Below, piece by piece: positions 60,776-64,000 of a stretch of 64,000 bases of DNA. The notes beneath the pieces are model-generated. The model had not been told where the DNA came from. It worked only from the letters and a program-made list of their open reading frames with translations, and ran no database searches. The position numbers and the translations under genes are program-made. Each line of letters begins with the position of its first letter. Positions within the stretch are counted from its first letter, which is position 1. Source of the DNA: Mobula hypostoma (taxonomy: Eukaryota); the NCBI RefSeq assembly GCF_963921235.1, contig NC_086108.1, forward strand, positions 2,108,001 to 2,172,000. Reading direction: 5' to 3'.

Positions 60776-63130
60776 CATAGAAACATAGAAAACCTACAAC
60801 ACAATACAGGCCTTTTGGTCCTCAAAGCTGTACTGTACATGTCCTTACCTTAGAAATTACCTAGGTTGCCCATAGCCTACTATTTTTCTGCGCTCCAGGA
60901 GTCTCCTAAAAGACCCTACCCTATACGCCTTCACCACTGTTGCCGGCAACCCATTTCACGCACTCACCACTCTCTGCGTTTTTAAAAAAAGAACAACTTA
61001 CCCCTGATGTCTCCTTTGTACCTACTTCCAAGAACCTTAGAACTGTGTCCTCTTGTGTTAGCCATTTCAGCCCTGGGGAAAAAACCTCTGACTATCGACA
61101 ATATCAATGCCTCTCATCATCTTGTACCTCTGTCAGGTCACCTCTCATCCTCAGTCACTCCAAGGAGAAAAGACTGAGTTCACTTAACATATTCTCATAA
61201 GACATGCTCCCCAAACCAGGCAGCATCATTGTAAATCTCCTCTGCACCCTTTCTATGGTTTCCACATCCTTCCTGTAGTGAGGCAACCAGAACTGAGCAG
61301 AGTACTCCAAGTGGGGTCTGACCAGGGTCCTATATAGCTGCAACATTACCTCTCGGCTCCTAAATTCAATTCCATGATTGATGAAGGCCAATACACCGTA
61401 TGCCTTCTTAACCACAGAGTTAACCTGTGCAGCAGCTTTGAATGTCCTATGGACTCGGATCCCAAGCTCCTTCTGATCCTCCATACTGCCAAGAGTCTTA
61501 CCATTAATGCTATATTATGCCATCATATTTGACCTACCAAAATGAACCACGTCTCACTTCTCTGGGTTGAACTCCATCTGCCACTTCTCAGCCCAGTTTT
61601 GCATCCTATCAATGTCCCACTATAACCTCTGACAGCCCTGCACACTATCCACAGCACCCCCAACCTTTGTGTCATAAGCAAATTTACTAACCTATTCCTC
61701 CACTTCTTTATCCAATTCATTTATAAAAATCACGAAGAGCAAGGGTCCCAGAACAGATCTCTGAGGCACACCACTGGTCACCGACCTCCATGCAGGATAT
61801 GTCCTGTCTACAACCACTCTTTGTGGATCCAGAACTGGCTTGCCCACAGAAGACAAAGCAATGGCCCCTTGTATCCCATGCCTCCTTACTTTCTCAGTAA
61901 TCCTTGCATGGGGTACGTTGTCAATGCCTTGCTGAAATCCATATACACTGCATCTACTGCTCTACCTTCATCAATGTGTTTAGTCACATCCTCAAAAAAT
62001 TCAATCGGGCTCGTAAGACACAATCTGCCTTTGACAAAGCCATGCTGACTATTCCTAGTCATATTATGCCTCTCCAAATGTTCATAAATCCTGCCTCTCA
62101 GGATCTTCTCCATCAACTTACCAACCACTGAAGTAAGACTCACTGGTGTATAATTTCCTGGGCTATCTCTACTCCCTTTCTTGAATAAGGGAACTACTTC
62201 CACAACCCTCCAATCCTCCAGAACCTCTCCCGTCCCCAATGATGATGTAAAGATCATCACCAGAGGCTAGCAATCTCCTCCCTCGCCTCCCACAGTGGCC
62301 TGGGGTACATCTCATCCAGTCCCGGCGACTTATCCAACTTGATCTTTTCCAAAAGCTCCAGCACATCCTCTTTCTTAATATCTACATGCTCAAGCTTTTC
62401 AATCCGCTGTAAGTTATCCCTACAATCGCCAAGATCCTTCTCCATAGTGAATACTGAAGCAAGGTATTCATTAAGTACCTCTGCTATCTCCTCTTGTTCC
62501 ATACACATTTTTCCACTGTCACACTTGATTGGTCCTATTCTCTCATGTCTTATCCTCTTGTTCTTCAAATACTTGTAGAATGCCTTGGGGTTTTCCTTAA
62601 TTTAATCCTGTCCTCCACGGCCTTCTCATGGCCCCTTCTGGCTCTCCTAATTTCATCCTTAAGCTCCTTCCTGCTAGCCTTAGAGATCTAGCAGATTATA
62701 TCATTACCTGGTTTTTTTGAACCTTTTATAAGCTCTTCTTTTGACTAGATTTACAACAGTCTTTGTACACCACGGTTCCTATACCCTGCCATCCTTTCCC
62801 TGTCTCATTGGAACGTACCTATGCAGAACTCCACGCAAATATCCCCTGAACATTTGCCACATTTCTTCTGTGCATTTCCCTGAGAACATATGTTCCCAAT
62901 TTATGCTTCCAAGTTCCTGCCTGATATCCTCATACTTCCCCTAACTTCAATTAAATGCTTTCCTAACTTGTCTGTTCCTATCCCTCTCCAATGCTGTGGT
63001 AAAGGAATTAGAATTGTGATCACTATCTCCAAAATGCTCTCCCACTGAGAGATCTGGCACCTGACCAGGTTCATTTCCCAATACCAGATCAAGTACAGCC
63101 TCTCCTCTTGTAGGCTTATCTACATATTAG
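60776..63130 (-). mobile_element. CR1 LINE (end of endonuclease, linker, RT and 3' end)
   Basis: KSPGLDEMYPR, NYTPVSLTSVVGKLMEKI, SQHGFVKGR, YMDFSKA and RPHLEYSAQFW. Confidence 0.93.
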
Positions 63131-64000
63131 ACCATAACACAAAGGAGCAGAAGTCAGCCATGCGGCCCATCGAGTCTGCTCCGCCATTTTATCATGAGCT
63201 GATCCATTCTCCCATTTAGTCCCACTCCCCCGCCTTCTCACCATAACCTTTGATGCCCTGGCTACTCAGATACCTATCAATCTCTGCCTTAAATACACCC
63301 ATTGACTTGGCCTCCACTGCTGTCCGTGGCAACAAATTCCATAGATTCACCACCCTCTGACTAAAAAAATTTCTTTGCATTTCTGTTCTGAATGGGCACC
63401 CTTCAATCCTTAAGTCATGCCCTCTCGTACTAGACTCCCCCATCATGGGAAACAACTTTGCCACATCCAGTCTGTCCATGCCTTTCAACATTCGAAATGT
63501 TTCTATGAGGTCTCCCCTCATTCTTCTAAACTCCAAGGAATACAGTCCAAGAGCAGACAAACGTTCCTCATATGTTAACCCTCTCATTCCCAGAATCATT
63601 CTACTGAACCTTCTCTGTACCCTCTCCAACGTCAGCACATCCCTTCTTAAATAAGAAGACCAAAACTGCCCACAGTACTCCAAGTGAGATCTCACCAGCG
63701 CCTTATAGAGCCTCAACATCACATCCCTGCTCCTATACTCTATTCCTCTAGAAATGAATGCCAACATTGCATTCGCCACCTTCACTACCGACTCAACCTG
63801 GAGGTTAACCTTAAGGGTATCCTGTACGAGGACTCCCAAGTCCCGTTGCATCTCAGAACTTTGAATTCTTTCCCCATTTAAATAATAGTCTGCCTGTTTA
63901 TTTCTTCTGCCAAAGTGCATAACCATACACTTTCCAACATTGTATTTCATTTGCCACTTCTTTGCCCATTCTTCCAATCTATCCAAGTCTCTCTGCAAAC
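63131..64000 (-). mobile_element. Young CR1 3' part (open frame), continues off the right edge
   Basis: 260-aa ORF 63216-63998 with WAKKWQMKYNVGKC, HLEYCGQFW and FFSQRVVNLWN. Confidence 0.93.

Overview
Eukaryotic, repeat-dense vertebrate DNA. The V-SINE/HE1-like, CR1, Rex1 and Penelope landscape suggests a cartilaginous fish (inference). Bases 1-~17,495 are one G-rich 26/27-bp minisatellite with kilobase-scale higher-order duplications. At ~20.4-21.3 kb there is a CpG-island promoter carrying a kB site, CCAAT, ZNF143-like and YY1-like motifs. It precedes the only host gene found, a + strand IkB-family ankyrin gene best matching NFKBIB (IkB-beta). I could assemble five coding exons in frame (20705/20747-21081, 39678-39783, 39973-40213, 43863-43951, 46302-46547); intron 4 is GC-AG and no terminal exon was found in the window. 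The rest is nested transposable elements: CR1, Rex1/Babar, Tx1/L1, RTE-derived elements, SINEs, Tigger, a Chapaev3-like element, hAT MITEs and Neptune-like Penelope elements. The most notable hidden structure is a dispersed set of minimal type I hammerhead-ribozyme motifs in Penelope pseudo-LTRs, including small fold-back elements built from two inverted hammerhead-bearing ends. A young Penelope with an open GIY-YIG endonuclease frame points divergently from the IkB promoter. TE boundaries are approximate; exon and motif coordinates were counted by hand.
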